16,608 nucleotides of DNA from Bacteroidales bacterium (GTDB lineage: Bacteria > Bacteroidota > Bacteroidia > Bacteroidales > UBA12077), in assembly GCA_028282585.1 (NCBI GenBank), contig JANQHR010000103.1:1-16608 (forward strand), given 5' to 3'. The position numbers and the translations under genes are program-made. The notes under the pieces were generated by a model. The model was given only the letters and a program-made list of their open reading frames with translations. It ran no database searches and was not told the origin of the DNA. Position 1 is the first letter of the stretch, and each line of letters begins with the position of its first letter. Positions 1 to 8,028 of this stretch are shown here, piece after piece.

Positions 1-75
1 GACCCTTAAGATCGTAAATTTTAAGGGGACAACAAAATTAAAAGGCTGTCCTTTTACTTTTTGGACAGCCTCTTT
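1..75 (-). mobile_element. Left end of an insertion sequence (probable IS1182 family), pointing out of the window; truncated by window edge
   Basis: 1-75 is the reverse complement of 16473-16547 with one mismatch (39 vs 16509). It contains the GAGGCTGTCC-type terminal motif. The matching right-hand copy continues into a transposase-like N-terminus. Confidence 0.7.
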
Positions 76-78
76 TTT
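40..78. terminator. Terminator-like hairpin inside the IS end, downstream of the tRNA
   Basis: AGGCTGTCC (43-51) pairs with GGACAGCCT (63-71) around an 11-nt loop, flanked by A4 on the left and T6 (73-78) on the right, so it could terminate in both directions. Confidence 0.6.
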
Positions 79-79
79 G

Positions 80-153
80 TAGCAAGAGGGAGACTTGAAC
101 TCCCGACCTCATGATTATGAATCATGCGCTCTAACCACCTGAGCTACCTCGCC
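80..153 (-). tRNA. tRNA-Met (CAT), elongator type; CCA not encoded
   Basis: The minus strand folds as GGCGAGG TA GCTC AGGTGGTTA GAGC G CATGA TTCATAA TCATG AGGTC GGGAG TTCAAGT CTCCC TCTTGCT A. Anticodon CAT. G2-C71, C3-G70 and A73 fit elongator Met; it lacks the initiator C1:A72 mismatch and the three G-C anticodon-stem pairs. Confidence 0.93.
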
Positions 154-177
154 ATTTCAGTAGTGAATACCGGGGTG

Positions 178-185
178 CAAATATA
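178..185 (-). promoter_or_regulatory. Bacteroidota sigma-A -7 box for the tRNA
   Basis: The minus strand reads TATATTTGCACC, an exact TAnnTTTG match about 25 bp upstream of the tRNA 5' end. Confidence 0.7.
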
Positions 186-279
186 GTATTTTATTTTATC
201 TTTTATAACTTGAATACAGAAATTATAAAAAAAAAATTATATCTTGCGATGAAGGGAAAAATTGCTAATAAGTAAACCT

Positions 280-654
280 ATGAAAAACAAATACGAATTA
301 GAATACTCAATAAATTCTTCACCTAAGATTTTATTTACGAGATTGAGCACACCAGGAGGATTATCAGAGTGGTTTGCTGACGACATAAACATACAAGGTA
401 ACGTATATACTTTTATTTGGGAAGGAACTGAACAACAGGCTGAACTTCTTAATAAAAAAGATAATCAACTGGTTCGATTTAAGTGGCTTGACGAAGATGA
501 AGATAGCTACTTTGAATTTAAAATAAGAAAGGATGAATTAACCGGAGAAGTTGCACTCGTAATTACCGATTTTTCTGAGGATGAGGAAAAAGAAGATGCT
601 ATCGAATTATGGGATACTCAAATATCGGAACTAAAACATGCCTTAGGTCTTTAA
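280..654 (+). CDS. START-like/SRPBCC (AHSA1-like) domain protein
   Basis: MKNKYELEYSINSSPKILFTRLSTPGGLSEWFADD...FKW...WDTQISELKHALG matches the conserved small Bacteroidota START-like family. ATG at 280 preferred over TTG at 262. Confidence 0.85.
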   Translation: MKNKYELEYSINSSPKILFTRLSTPGGLSEWFADDINIQGNVYTFIWEGTEQQAELLNKKDNQLVRFKWLDEDEDSYFEFKIRKDELTGEVALVITDFSEDEEKEDAIELWDTQISELKHALGL

Positions 655-689
655 TTAGTATTATTCAGTATTTCTTTCATAAAATAATT

Positions 690-697
690 TACTTTTG
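690..697 (+). promoter_or_regulatory. Putative -7 promoter box for the lptF/G-GT operon
   Basis: TACTTTTG (TAnnTTTG) 26 bp upstream of the GTG start at 724. Confidence 0.55.
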
Positions 698-723
698 TAA
701 TCGTTTTGTAAAAAATATAATAA

Positions 724-2274
724 GTGAAACGATTACATAAATTTATATTAAAATCATTTTTTGGTCCAGTTGTAGCAACATTCTTTGTATCTCTGTTTAT
801 TTTATTGATGCAATTTCTTTGGAGGTATATTGATGACCTGGCAGGGAAAGGTTTAGAGTGGACAATTATTGCTGAGTTTATTATGTATGCTTCAGCTCGA
901 CTGGTTCCAATGGCACTGCCATTAGCTATATTACTTTCATCTATCATGACTTTCGGTAATATGGGTGAACATTTTGAGCTAACTGCAATAAAATCAGCTG
1001 GCGTTTCTCTTCAAAGATTTATGATTCCTCTAATGGTATTTACAATAATTATTAGTATTGGTGCATTCTTCTATTCCGACTATATTATACCATATACTAA
1101 CCTTAAGACAGGTGCATTAATTTATGATGTAAAAAACCAACGTCCTGAACTCCAAATAAAGGAAGGTATGTTCTATAATGGAATTGAAGGGTATAGTATA
1201 AAAATTGCAAAAAAAAATTATAAAACAAACCTCTTACAAAATATTATGATCTACGATCATAGTGATAATAAAGAGAATAAAAAGGTTACTATAGCTGACT
1301 CCGGTTATATGAGAATGACCGCCGATGAAAGAAATCTGATTTTTACCTTGTATAGCGGATATTCGTACGAAGAAATTGAAGAGTCGAAAAATACCAGACC
1401 AAAAGACAAAACCTATCCGCACCAAAGACAAAAATTCGAAAAACAAGTTTTTATTTTTGAATTGACTGGTCTTGATTTTAGTAGGACCGATGAAGATCTT
1501 TTTAAGAACAATTTTCAAATGTTTAATTTAAGACAACTGCAATATGCTGAGGATTCTCTTAAAAAAGCACATAATGAACGAGTTAGTAGGTTTTCAAAAA
1601 ACTTGTCATCAACCGAATACTTTAAGCGAGAAAGTACAATATTAAATGAGTATAAAAAGAATAGCGAGAAAGAAAAGGTAAGGCAAGCTAGACGAATTGA
1701 AGAAGCTGAGGATTTCAAGAAATCTTCATTTACCAGTGATACAATAAAAGTATTCAATGATACACTTGTTAAACCATTTAGTCCTGACAGTGTATTTCTT
1801 GCGTTAAATAAAAGAAATAAAAAGCAAGCAATAGATTACGCTCTTAATTATGCGAGAGCCACTCAAAATACTATTTCTAATTCAAGAAAAGAATTTAACC
1901 ATAAAGAAGAACGGATCCGAAGGCATCAAATAGAATGGCACAGGAAATTTTCTCTTTCATTTGCCTGTTTAGTATTCTTCTTTATTGGCGCACCTTTTGG
2001 TGCGATTGTAAGAAAAGGTGGTTTTGGAACTCCTGTTGTAGTATCAGTACTTTTCTTTATTTTATATTATATAATATCGATAACAGGTGAAAAATTCGCA
2101 CGAGAAGGTGTAATGTCGGCACCTATTGGAATGTGGTTATCATCTTTTATTTTAATGCCGTTAGGTATATTTTTAACATATAAAGCAACAACCGATTCCG
2201 TAATTCTTAATGCTGATACGTATTTATTATTCTTCAAAAAACTATTTAAAAGATTTTCTAAGAAATCTGATTAG
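724..2274 (+). CDS. LptF/LptG (YjgP/YjgQ) family LPS export ABC transporter permease
   Basis: Three N-terminal TM segments with PMALPLAILLSSIMTFGNMGEHFELTAIKSAGVS, a long periplasmic region, then EWHRKFSLSFACLVFFFIGAPFGAIVRKGG and three C-terminal TMs. Confidence 0.92.
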   Translation: MKRLHKFILKSFFGPVVATFFVSLFILLMQFLWRYIDDLAGKGLEWTIIAEFIMYASARLVPMALPLAILLSSIMTFGNMGEHFELTAIKSAGVSLQRFMIPLMVFTIIISIGAFFYSDYIIPYTNLKTGALIYDVKNQRPELQIKEGMFYNGIEGYSIKIAKKNYKTNLLQNIMIYDHSDNKENKKVTIADSGYMRMTADERNLIFTLYSGYSYEEIEESKNTRPKDKTYPHQRQKFEKQVFIFELTGLDFSRTDEDLFKNNFQMFNLRQLQYAEDSLKKAHNERVSRFSKNLSSTEYFKRESTILNEYKKNSEKEKVRQARRIEEAEDFKKSSFTSDTIKVFNDTLVKPFSPDSVFLALNKRNKKQAIDYALNYARATQNTISNSRKEFNHKEERIRRHQIEWHRKFSLSFACLVFFFIGAPFGAIVRKGGFGTPVVVSVLFFILYYIISITGEKFAREGVMSAPIGMWLSSFILMPLGIFLTYKATTDSVILNADTYLLFFKKLFKRFSKKSD

Positions 2275-3471
2275 ATGAAGATCTTGCAAATTGCAAATAA
2301 AGCAATATTTCCTCCTGATGGAGGAACTTTGGCCATCTTGAATCTTGCAAAAGGATACATAAAGAATGGTTGTCAAGTTCATTTATTAAATATGATTACT
2401 CATAAGCATATAAATAAATTAAATGAAATTGAAGAAGGGGAAAATGAGTCATTTCAAATAACGGGCGTAAAAATAAATACTAGAATTTCTGTTTTTAAGT
2501 TGATAATAAATTTCTTTTTTTCTAACAAACCTTATATTTCTGAAAGATTCATATCCAAAAAATTTAAGAGTAAACTTGTTGAAATTATTAAAAGTGAGAC
2601 ATTTGAATTTATTCAGTTGGAAGGTTTATATGTACTTCAATATATCCAATTAATCCGAAAAATATATAAGGGAAAAATATTATATAGGCCACATAACCTG
2701 GAATATCTTATTTGGGAAAGAAATTCAATTGAATCAAAATCTTTCATTAAAAAATATTATTTTAAAATCACTAGTATAAGACTTATTAAACTTGAAAAAA
2801 GTCTGTTAAATAGATATGATTTTATAATACCCATAACAAATACAGATTCGGATATTTATAAAAAACTTGGAAATAATAAGCCTTCAATTTTGGCTCCTTT
2901 TGGATTGAATTTAAATAGCTTTGAATCTAAACAAATTAAAATAACAGATTCTGAACAATCAATAAATTATATCGGTGCACTTGATTGGATTCCTAACCAG
3001 CAAGGACTGATTTGGTTCATAGAAAATTGTTTACCCGAAATTATAAAGTCATTTCCTGAGATTAAACTAAACATTGCCGGTAGAAATGCCCCAAAATGGT
3101 TAAAAAGAAAATTTAATAATAAGAATATTAAATTCTTTGGTGAAGTTGATAATGCATATGATTTTATCCAATATCCTGGCCCTATCATAGTTCCTCTATT
3201 CTCAGGAGGTGGTATGCGCGTAAAAATTATTGAATGCATGGCTCTTAAAAAGGCAATTATTGCAACAAATGTTGCTGTGGAAGGAATTGAACCTAGTTAT
3301 GATGAAAATATTTTATTGGCTAATTCTGCATCTGACTTTTCCCAACTGGTTTTAGTTGCTTTAAAAAATAAAGAACTTCAAAAAGAAATTGGTGAAAATG
3401 CATTTCGTTTTGTAAGCGAAAAATATAACTTTACCAAAATTGCTTCAAATATTATAGATCAGATTGTTTAA
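2275..3471 (+). CDS. Glycosyltransferase family 4 (GT-B fold)
   Basis: N-terminal MKILQIANK..FPPDGG; C-terminal YIGALDWIPNQQG and VPLFSGGGMRVKIIECMALKKAIIAT motifs typical of GT4. Confidence 0.88.
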   Translation: MKILQIANKAIFPPDGGTLAILNLAKGYIKNGCQVHLLNMITHKHINKLNEIEEGENESFQITGVKINTRISVFKLIINFFFSNKPYISERFISKKFKSKLVEIIKSETFEFIQLEGLYVLQYIQLIRKIYKGKILYRPHNLEYLIWERNSIESKSFIKKYYFKITSIRLIKLEKSLLNRYDFIIPITNTDSDIYKKLGNNKPSILAPFGLNLNSFESKQIKITDSEQSINYIGALDWIPNQQGLIWFIENCLPEIIKSFPEIKLNIAGRNAPKWLKRKFNNKNIKFFGEVDNAYDFIQYPGPIIVPLFSGGGMRVKIIECMALKKAIIATNVAVEGIEPSYDENILLANSASDFSQLVLVALKNKELQKEIGENAFRFVSEKYNFTKIASNIIDQIV

Positions 3472-4648
3472 AACCGTGCAAATACTCTTTTGGATATTTT
3501 TATTTATCATATTTTACTCATATGTAATTTATCCTGCCGTACTATATTTAATTAGTTTATTTGTAAAGTTTTTTAACTTAATAAAGGCCAAGAATGAAGT
3601 TATAGATAATTTACCGGAAGTGACTTTATTTGTTGCAGCCTATAATGAAACAGACTTTATCAACGAAAAAGTCAAGAATTCGTTTTCCCTGAATTATCCT
3701 CAAGAGAAAATCCATCATATTTGGATAACGGATGGCTCAGACGATGGAACACCTGAGATATTAAGAAAATACGATCGTATTTCAGTTCATCATATTAAGG
3801 AAAGAAATGGAAAAACAGGAGCCATTAACAGGGGAATGCAATTTGTAAAAACTCCGATAGTAATTTTTTCCGATGCTAATTCCATATTAAATTTGGAATC
3901 AATTCAACATATAGTAAGAATATTTAAAGATCCAAAAGTCGGATGTGTTGCAGGAGAAAAAAGAATCAAAGCTAAGAATAAAGAAAATGCGGTAAATGCA
4001 GGGGAAGGAATTTATTGGAAATATGAATCTTTAATTAAAAAATGTGAATCTGAAATTAACTCAGCTGTTGGTGCAGTTGGCGAATTATTTGCTATTAGAA
4101 CAGAATTGTTCGAAGAAATTGAAAGTGATACGATTCTTGACGATTTTATAATCTCCTTAAGAATTGCAATGAGAGGTTACAAAATCAAATACGAACCAAG
4201 AGCAATAGCAACAGAAGGGCCGTCTGCAAACATAAAGGAGGAATTAAAACGCAAAACTAGAATTGCATTTGGAGGTTTCCAAGCTATTGGACGATTAAAA
4301 AAACTACTCAATCCATTTAAATATCCATTTCTTTCTTTTCAATATCTATCGCATAAAGTTCTAAGATGGGCAATTGTACCTTTTTCCTTTGTTATTGTTT
4401 TCATAACTAACCTCTTTTTGGCATTCAATGCTAATTGGATTGGTTTTTATACGATAGCTTTTTATTTGCAGCTTATATTTTATTCAACAGTTTTAATAGG
4501 TGCTCTATTACAAAAAACGAAAACAAATCTCAAATTTATATTTGCCCCTTATTATCTCTTCATTATGAATCTAGCAGAGATTATCGGATTAATCAGATTT
4601 ATAAGAAAAAAACAGTCTGTAAACTGGGAAAGAGCAAAAAGAGAGTAA
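3464..4648 (+). CDS. Membrane glycosyltransferase family 2 (PgaC/IcaA-like fold)
   Basis: N-terminal TM, then VAAYNE, TDGSDDGT, GKTGAIN, FSDAN, GAVGELFAIR and LDDF motifs, and C-terminal TMs. TTG start overlaps the GT4 stop; exact start uncertain. Confidence 0.88.
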   Translation: MFKTVQILFWIFLFIIFYSYVIYPAVLYLISLFVKFFNLIKAKNEVIDNLPEVTLFVAAYNETDFINEKVKNSFSLNYPQEKIHHIWITDGSDDGTPEILRKYDRISVHHIKERNGKTGAINRGMQFVKTPIVIFSDANSILNLESIQHIVRIFKDPKVGCVAGEKRIKAKNKENAVNAGEGIYWKYESLIKKCESEINSAVGAVGELFAIRTELFEEIESDTILDDFIISLRIAMRGYKIKYEPRAIATEGPSANIKEELKRKTRIAFGGFQAIGRLKKLLNPFKYPFLSFQYLSHKVLRWAIVPFSFVIVFITNLFLAFNANWIGFYTIAFYLQLIFYSTVLIGALLQKTKTNLKFIFAPYYLFIMNLAEIIGLIRFIRKKQSVNWERAKRE

Positions 4649-4697
4649 CAAATCCTAATTTATATTGTCTTTTTTAGGGAAATTTAAACACTTATTA

Positions 4698-4705
4698 TAC
4701 TTTTG
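4698..4705 (+). promoter_or_regulatory. Putative -7 promoter box for ribBA
   Basis: TACTTTTG 30 bp upstream of the ATG at 4736. Confidence 0.55.
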
Positions 4706-4735
4706 CAAAATCATTTTCCCTTTAATTATAGTAAA

Positions 4736-5995
4736 ATGTCTAACAATCAAGATAATAAAACAAGTCAGCTTAATACTATTGAAGAAGCAATTGAGGATAT
4801 TAAAGCTGGAAAGGTAATCATTGTAGTTGATGATGAGGATAGAGAGAATGAGGGTGATTTTGTAGTAGCTGCAGAAAAAATAACTCCCGAAATCGTAAAT
4901 TTTATGGCCACTCATGGACGCGGTTTAATTTGTGCTCCATTGCCAGAAGACAGGTGCGAAGAATTGGAACTCGAACTAATGGTTGGTAATAACACTGCCT
5001 TACATGCTACTCCATTTACTGTTTCGGTTGACTTAAACGGACACGGATGTACAACAGGAATTTCAGCATCCGACAGAGCAAAAACGATAAAAGCTCTTGT
5101 TGAACCTGACACAAAACCTGAAGATTTAGGCCGCCCTGGACATATTTTCCCCTTAAAAGCTAAACAACGTGGTGTAATACGACGAGCCGGACATACTGAA
5201 GCTGTTGTAGATTTAACTAGGCTCGCAGGATTAAAACCAGGTGGTGCACTAGTGGAAATCATGAATGAAGATGGTACTATGGCACGTTTACCTGAGCTTT
5301 TTGAAATTGCCGAAAAATTTGACCTAAAGATCATTTCTATTGAGGACCTTATTAAATTTCGTTTAAATGAAGATTGTCTTGTTGAAAAAGGCGTAAGGGT
5401 TAAACTTCCTACCGAATTTGGTGATTTTGATTTGATTCCTTTCAAACAAAAATCAAATGGACTCGAACACGTTGCACTTATAAAAGGCACTTGGACAAAA
5501 GACGATCCTGTTTGTGTAAGAGTGCATTCATCTTGTGTTACTGGTGATATTTTTGGCTCAAAAAGATGCGACTGTGGTCAGCAATTACATGAAGCAATGA
5601 AAAAAATTGATAATGAGGGTAAAGGAGTTGTTCTATATATGAACCAGGAAGGAAGAGGAATTGGTTTATTTAATAAAATAAAAGCTTACAAGCTTCAAGA
5701 GGAAGGAATGGATACTGTCGAAGCCAATATAGAGCTTGGTTTCGAAGACGACGAAAGAGATTACGGAGTTGGCGCAAGTATTTTACGTGAACTTGAATTA
5801 GGAAAAATCCGATTACTTACAAACAATCCTATTAAAAGAAAAGGACTTGAAGCTTACGGCCTTGAAATTGTAGAAAACATTCCTTTAGAGATAGAGCCTA
5901 ATGAACATAACAAGTTCTATTTAGAAACAAAACGACATAAAATGGGACATTCTTTAGAACTTGTAGACCTAAAACCTGAATTTAACAATAAATAA
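4736..5995 (+). CDS. ribBA: Bifunctional 3,4-dihydroxy-2-butanone-4-phosphate synthase / GTP cyclohydrolase II
   Basis: RibB motifs [22 protein letters not shown] and RAGHTEA; RibA motifs [28 protein letters not shown] and LLTNNP. ATG at 4736 preferred because the TTG at 4703 overlaps the promoter box. Confidence 0.97.
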   Translation: MSNNQDNKTSQLNTIEEAIEDIKAGKVIIVVDDEDRENEGDFVVAAEKITPEIVNFMATHGRGLICAPLPEDRCEELELELMVGNNTALHATPFTVSVDLNGHGCTTGISASDRAKTIKALVEPDTKPEDLGRPGHIFPLKAKQRGVIRRAGHTEAVVDLTRLAGLKPGGALVEIMNEDGTMARLPELFEIAEKFDLKIISIEDLIKFRLNEDCLVEKGVRVKLPTEFGDFDLIPFKQKSNGLEHVALIKGTWTKDDPVCVRVHSSCVTGDIFGSKRCDCGQQLHEAMKKIDNEGKGVVLYMNQEGRGIGLFNKIKAYKLQEEGMDTVEANIELGFEDDERDYGVGASILRELELGKIRLLTNNPIKRKGLEAYGLEIVENIPLEIEPNEHNKFYLETKRHKMGHSLELVDLKPEFNNK

Positions 5996-6001
5996 AAACA
6001 G

Positions 6002-6027
6002 AAAAGACCGATTCCTCCCGGTCTTTT
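6002..6027. terminator. Bidirectional intrinsic terminator between ribBA and the DUF4405 gene
   Basis: AAAAGACCG-attcctcc-CGGTCTTTT inverted repeat between convergent stop codons. Confidence 0.8.
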
Positions 6028-6716
6028 TATAATATCGTTATTGTTTGATCAAAAAAAGAATTTGAAGAAGATAAATCAAAGTAACCTGCATTCCCTCCTT
6101 TTATAAATTTAGGTTTTAAAGTAAGGTAAAATTCTTCAGGACTAATTTTATTCATTTTACAAAATTCAGAAACAATAGTAGTTTTTGAGGTATTATTTAA
6201 ATCATAACCAGAAAGTTCTTCAACCATACGTTGATACGAAATACGAAATACCTGATCCGCAAATTCTTCCATTGTAAGCTTTTCTGCATCAGGTATACCT
6301 GTAAATTCAACGTCTAATGAATGTATATCGGATATATTCTCGCCCCAATCAATTACAGTTTTAAAAGGAATCCAACTATTAAATGTTCCAGTAAATACCA
6401 GTATTGTAATTAACAAGGCAACAGTAATTTCTTTTAAAAACTTAAATTTTAATTTCTCAACAACAAAATATGAAATAAAATATGTCCAGTTAATTTTAAA
6501 TAAATGAAAAACTGAAAATAAAACAAAAAGGTAAGAAAAAATAGTATGCTGCTGTTCCCATTGTTTTTTTGTCAGGTTTAATATATCCCATCCAATCCAC
6601 CTTGATAAACTTCCTTCCGGTGCTACATAGAGAAGAATGCCAGAAAATACCATAATAATAAATGATAAAAGCAATCCAATGCTTATAAAGCTTTGCCAAT
6701 TAAATTTGTTGTTCAT
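6027..6716 (-). CDS. DUF4405-type membrane protein (putative His-ligated cytochrome b-like) with soluble C-terminal region
   Basis: SGILLYVAP...W...LTKKQWEQQH...LFSVFHLFKINW pattern, with two His 14 residues apart in or near a TM helix. Three TMs followed by a hydrophilic domain. Confidence 0.72.
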   Translation of the reverse strand: MNNKFNWQSFISIGLLLSFIIMVFSGILLYVAPEGSLSRWIGWDILNLTKKQWEQQHTIFSYLFVLFSVFHLFKINWTYFISYFVVEKLKFKFLKEITVALLITILVFTGTFNSWIPFKTVIDWGENISDIHSLDVEFTGIPDAEKLTMEEFADQVFRISYQRMVEELSGYDLNNTSKTTIVSEFCKMNKISPEEFYLTLKPKFIKGGNAGYFDLSSSNSFFDQTITIL

Positions 6717-6769
6717 ATAGTAGTTTTTAACTAAGACCTGTGTTAAAATCCAAAGTTTAAAAGATTAAT

Positions 6770-6777
6770 TAAATTTG
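6770..6777 (+). promoter_or_regulatory. Putative -7 promoter box for fmt
   Basis: TAAATTTG 27 bp upstream of the ATG at 6805. Confidence 0.5.
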
Positions 6778-6804
6778 TGTTCAAATTTAATGAAATCAAT
6801 TAAA

Positions 6805-7788
6805 ATGGATAAAGACGGTTTAAGAATAGTTTATATGGGTACTCCTGATTTTGCTGTAGAGCCCCTAAAAAAACTCTTAAAAAATAGCTACAATATAGTT
6901 GGAGTAATTACTAATCCGGATAAACCAGCAGGAAGAGGTCAAAAAATGCAGGAATCGGCAGTAAAGAAATTTGCTGTAAGCCATGATCTGAAAATTCTTC
7001 AACCTGAGAAATTCAGAGATGAAACTTTCTTAAATGAACTAAGAGATTTGCAGGCTGATTTGCAAATTGTGGCTGCTTTCAAGATGTTACCAGAAGTAGT
7101 TTGGAACATGCCTAAATTAGGCACCTTTAATTTGCATGCTTCATTATTGCCACAATACCGAGGTGCTGCCCCAATAAATTGGGCTATAATAAATGGTGAT
7201 CCTAAAACAGGTGTAAGTACTTTCTTCTTAACTCATGATATTGACACAGGCAATGTAATTTATCAGGAAGAAGTTGATATAAACGAAGATGATAATGCCG
7301 GAACAATACATGATAAGTTAATGCACATCGGTTCTGATCTTGTAATAAAAACAGTTGATTCAATTATTGCAAATAACTACCCAAGAATAAACCAAAAAGA
7401 CTTAGTTAAAGTTGATACTAAAGTTAAACACGCACCAAAAATATTTAAAAATGATTGTAAGATTGACTGGACAAAAAGCATTGAATCAATCCACAATTTA
7501 ATACGTGGGTTGAGTCCTTATCCTGCTTCTTGGACTGAAATAAGCAATGAACAAGAAACAATTCAGTTAAAGATTTTCAAGACATATAAAGAAGTCAAGG
7601 ATCATAATTTTGAACCTGGAGAAATATACACAGATGAAAAGACTTTTCTAAAAGTAGCAGTTAACGATGGCTTTATACAAATAAAAGAACTACAACAAGC
7701 TGGCAAAAAGAGAATGGATATCCACAATTTTTTAAGGGGATTTCAAGGAATAAAAAATTATAAGTTCTCAACAAAAGCTAAGCTTTAA
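6805..7788 (+). CDS. fmt: Methionyl-tRNA formyltransferase
   Basis: RIVYMGTPDFAV, TNPDKPAGRG, NLHASLLPQYRGAAPINWAI, IDTG and IRGLSPYP motifs. ATG at 6805 chosen; ATG at 6790 also possible. Confidence 0.97.
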   Translation: MDKDGLRIVYMGTPDFAVEPLKKLLKNSYNIVGVITNPDKPAGRGQKMQESAVKKFAVSHDLKILQPEKFRDETFLNELRDLQADLQIVAAFKMLPEVVWNMPKLGTFNLHASLLPQYRGAAPINWAIINGDPKTGVSTFFLTHDIDTGNVIYQEEVDINEDDNAGTIHDKLMHIGSDLVIKTVDSIIANNYPRINQKDLVKVDTKVKHAPKIFKNDCKIDWTKSIESIHNLIRGLSPYPASWTEISNEQETIQLKIFKTYKEVKDHNFEPGEIYTDEKTFLKVAVNDGFIQIKELQQAGKKRMDIHNFLRGFQGIKNYKFSTKAKL

Positions 7789-8028
7789 TGTTATTTAAAC
7801 GAATCATTGTTTTACCTTGCAGTTATTTTATAATTGAAAAGAAATTATGCGAATCAGGTAAATTGGTAAAATACAGGAAATAGAGAAAAGATGAAACAGT
7901 TATGATGATCAGAGTGCAGTTTGCATCAAATCTGAGATCTGAAGTTTGAAACTATAAATTAAATTCTTACCTAAACCGGATACCATAAATAATCTTGAAT
8001 AAAATAAAATAAATAATTAAATCTAATT

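Noticed and set aside
1-75. CRISPR repeat, phage att site or linear-replicon terminal inverted repeat
   Set aside because: Only two copies, no spacers, integrase or phage genes. The right copy is internal and continues into a transposase-like ORF.
80-153. tRNA as initiator fMet functionally linked to fmt, or as Ile2
   Set aside because: It lacks initiator determinants (C1:A72, GGG/CCC anticodon stem). Acceptor identity fits elongator Met better than Ile2.
1500-1930. Extra charged region making the LptF/G protein 516 aa
   Set aside because: Extended LptF/G-family proteins are common in Bacteroidota, and there is no sign of an intein or separate domain.
4649-4735. Possible FMN riboswitch upstream of ribBA
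   Set aside because: The gap is only 87 bp, AT-rich, lacks RFN consensus blocks, and has a promoter box close to the start.
4912-5490. 192-aa antisense ORF inside ribBA, plus other shadow ORFs (651-947, 1234-1518, 1515-1757, 2967-3239, 4435-4677, 4655-4915, 6496-6699, 11276-11596, 13816-14001, 14480-14668, 14909-15292)
   Set aside because: They overlap well-supported genes in another frame or strand and have no recognisable motifs; expected by-products of codon bias.
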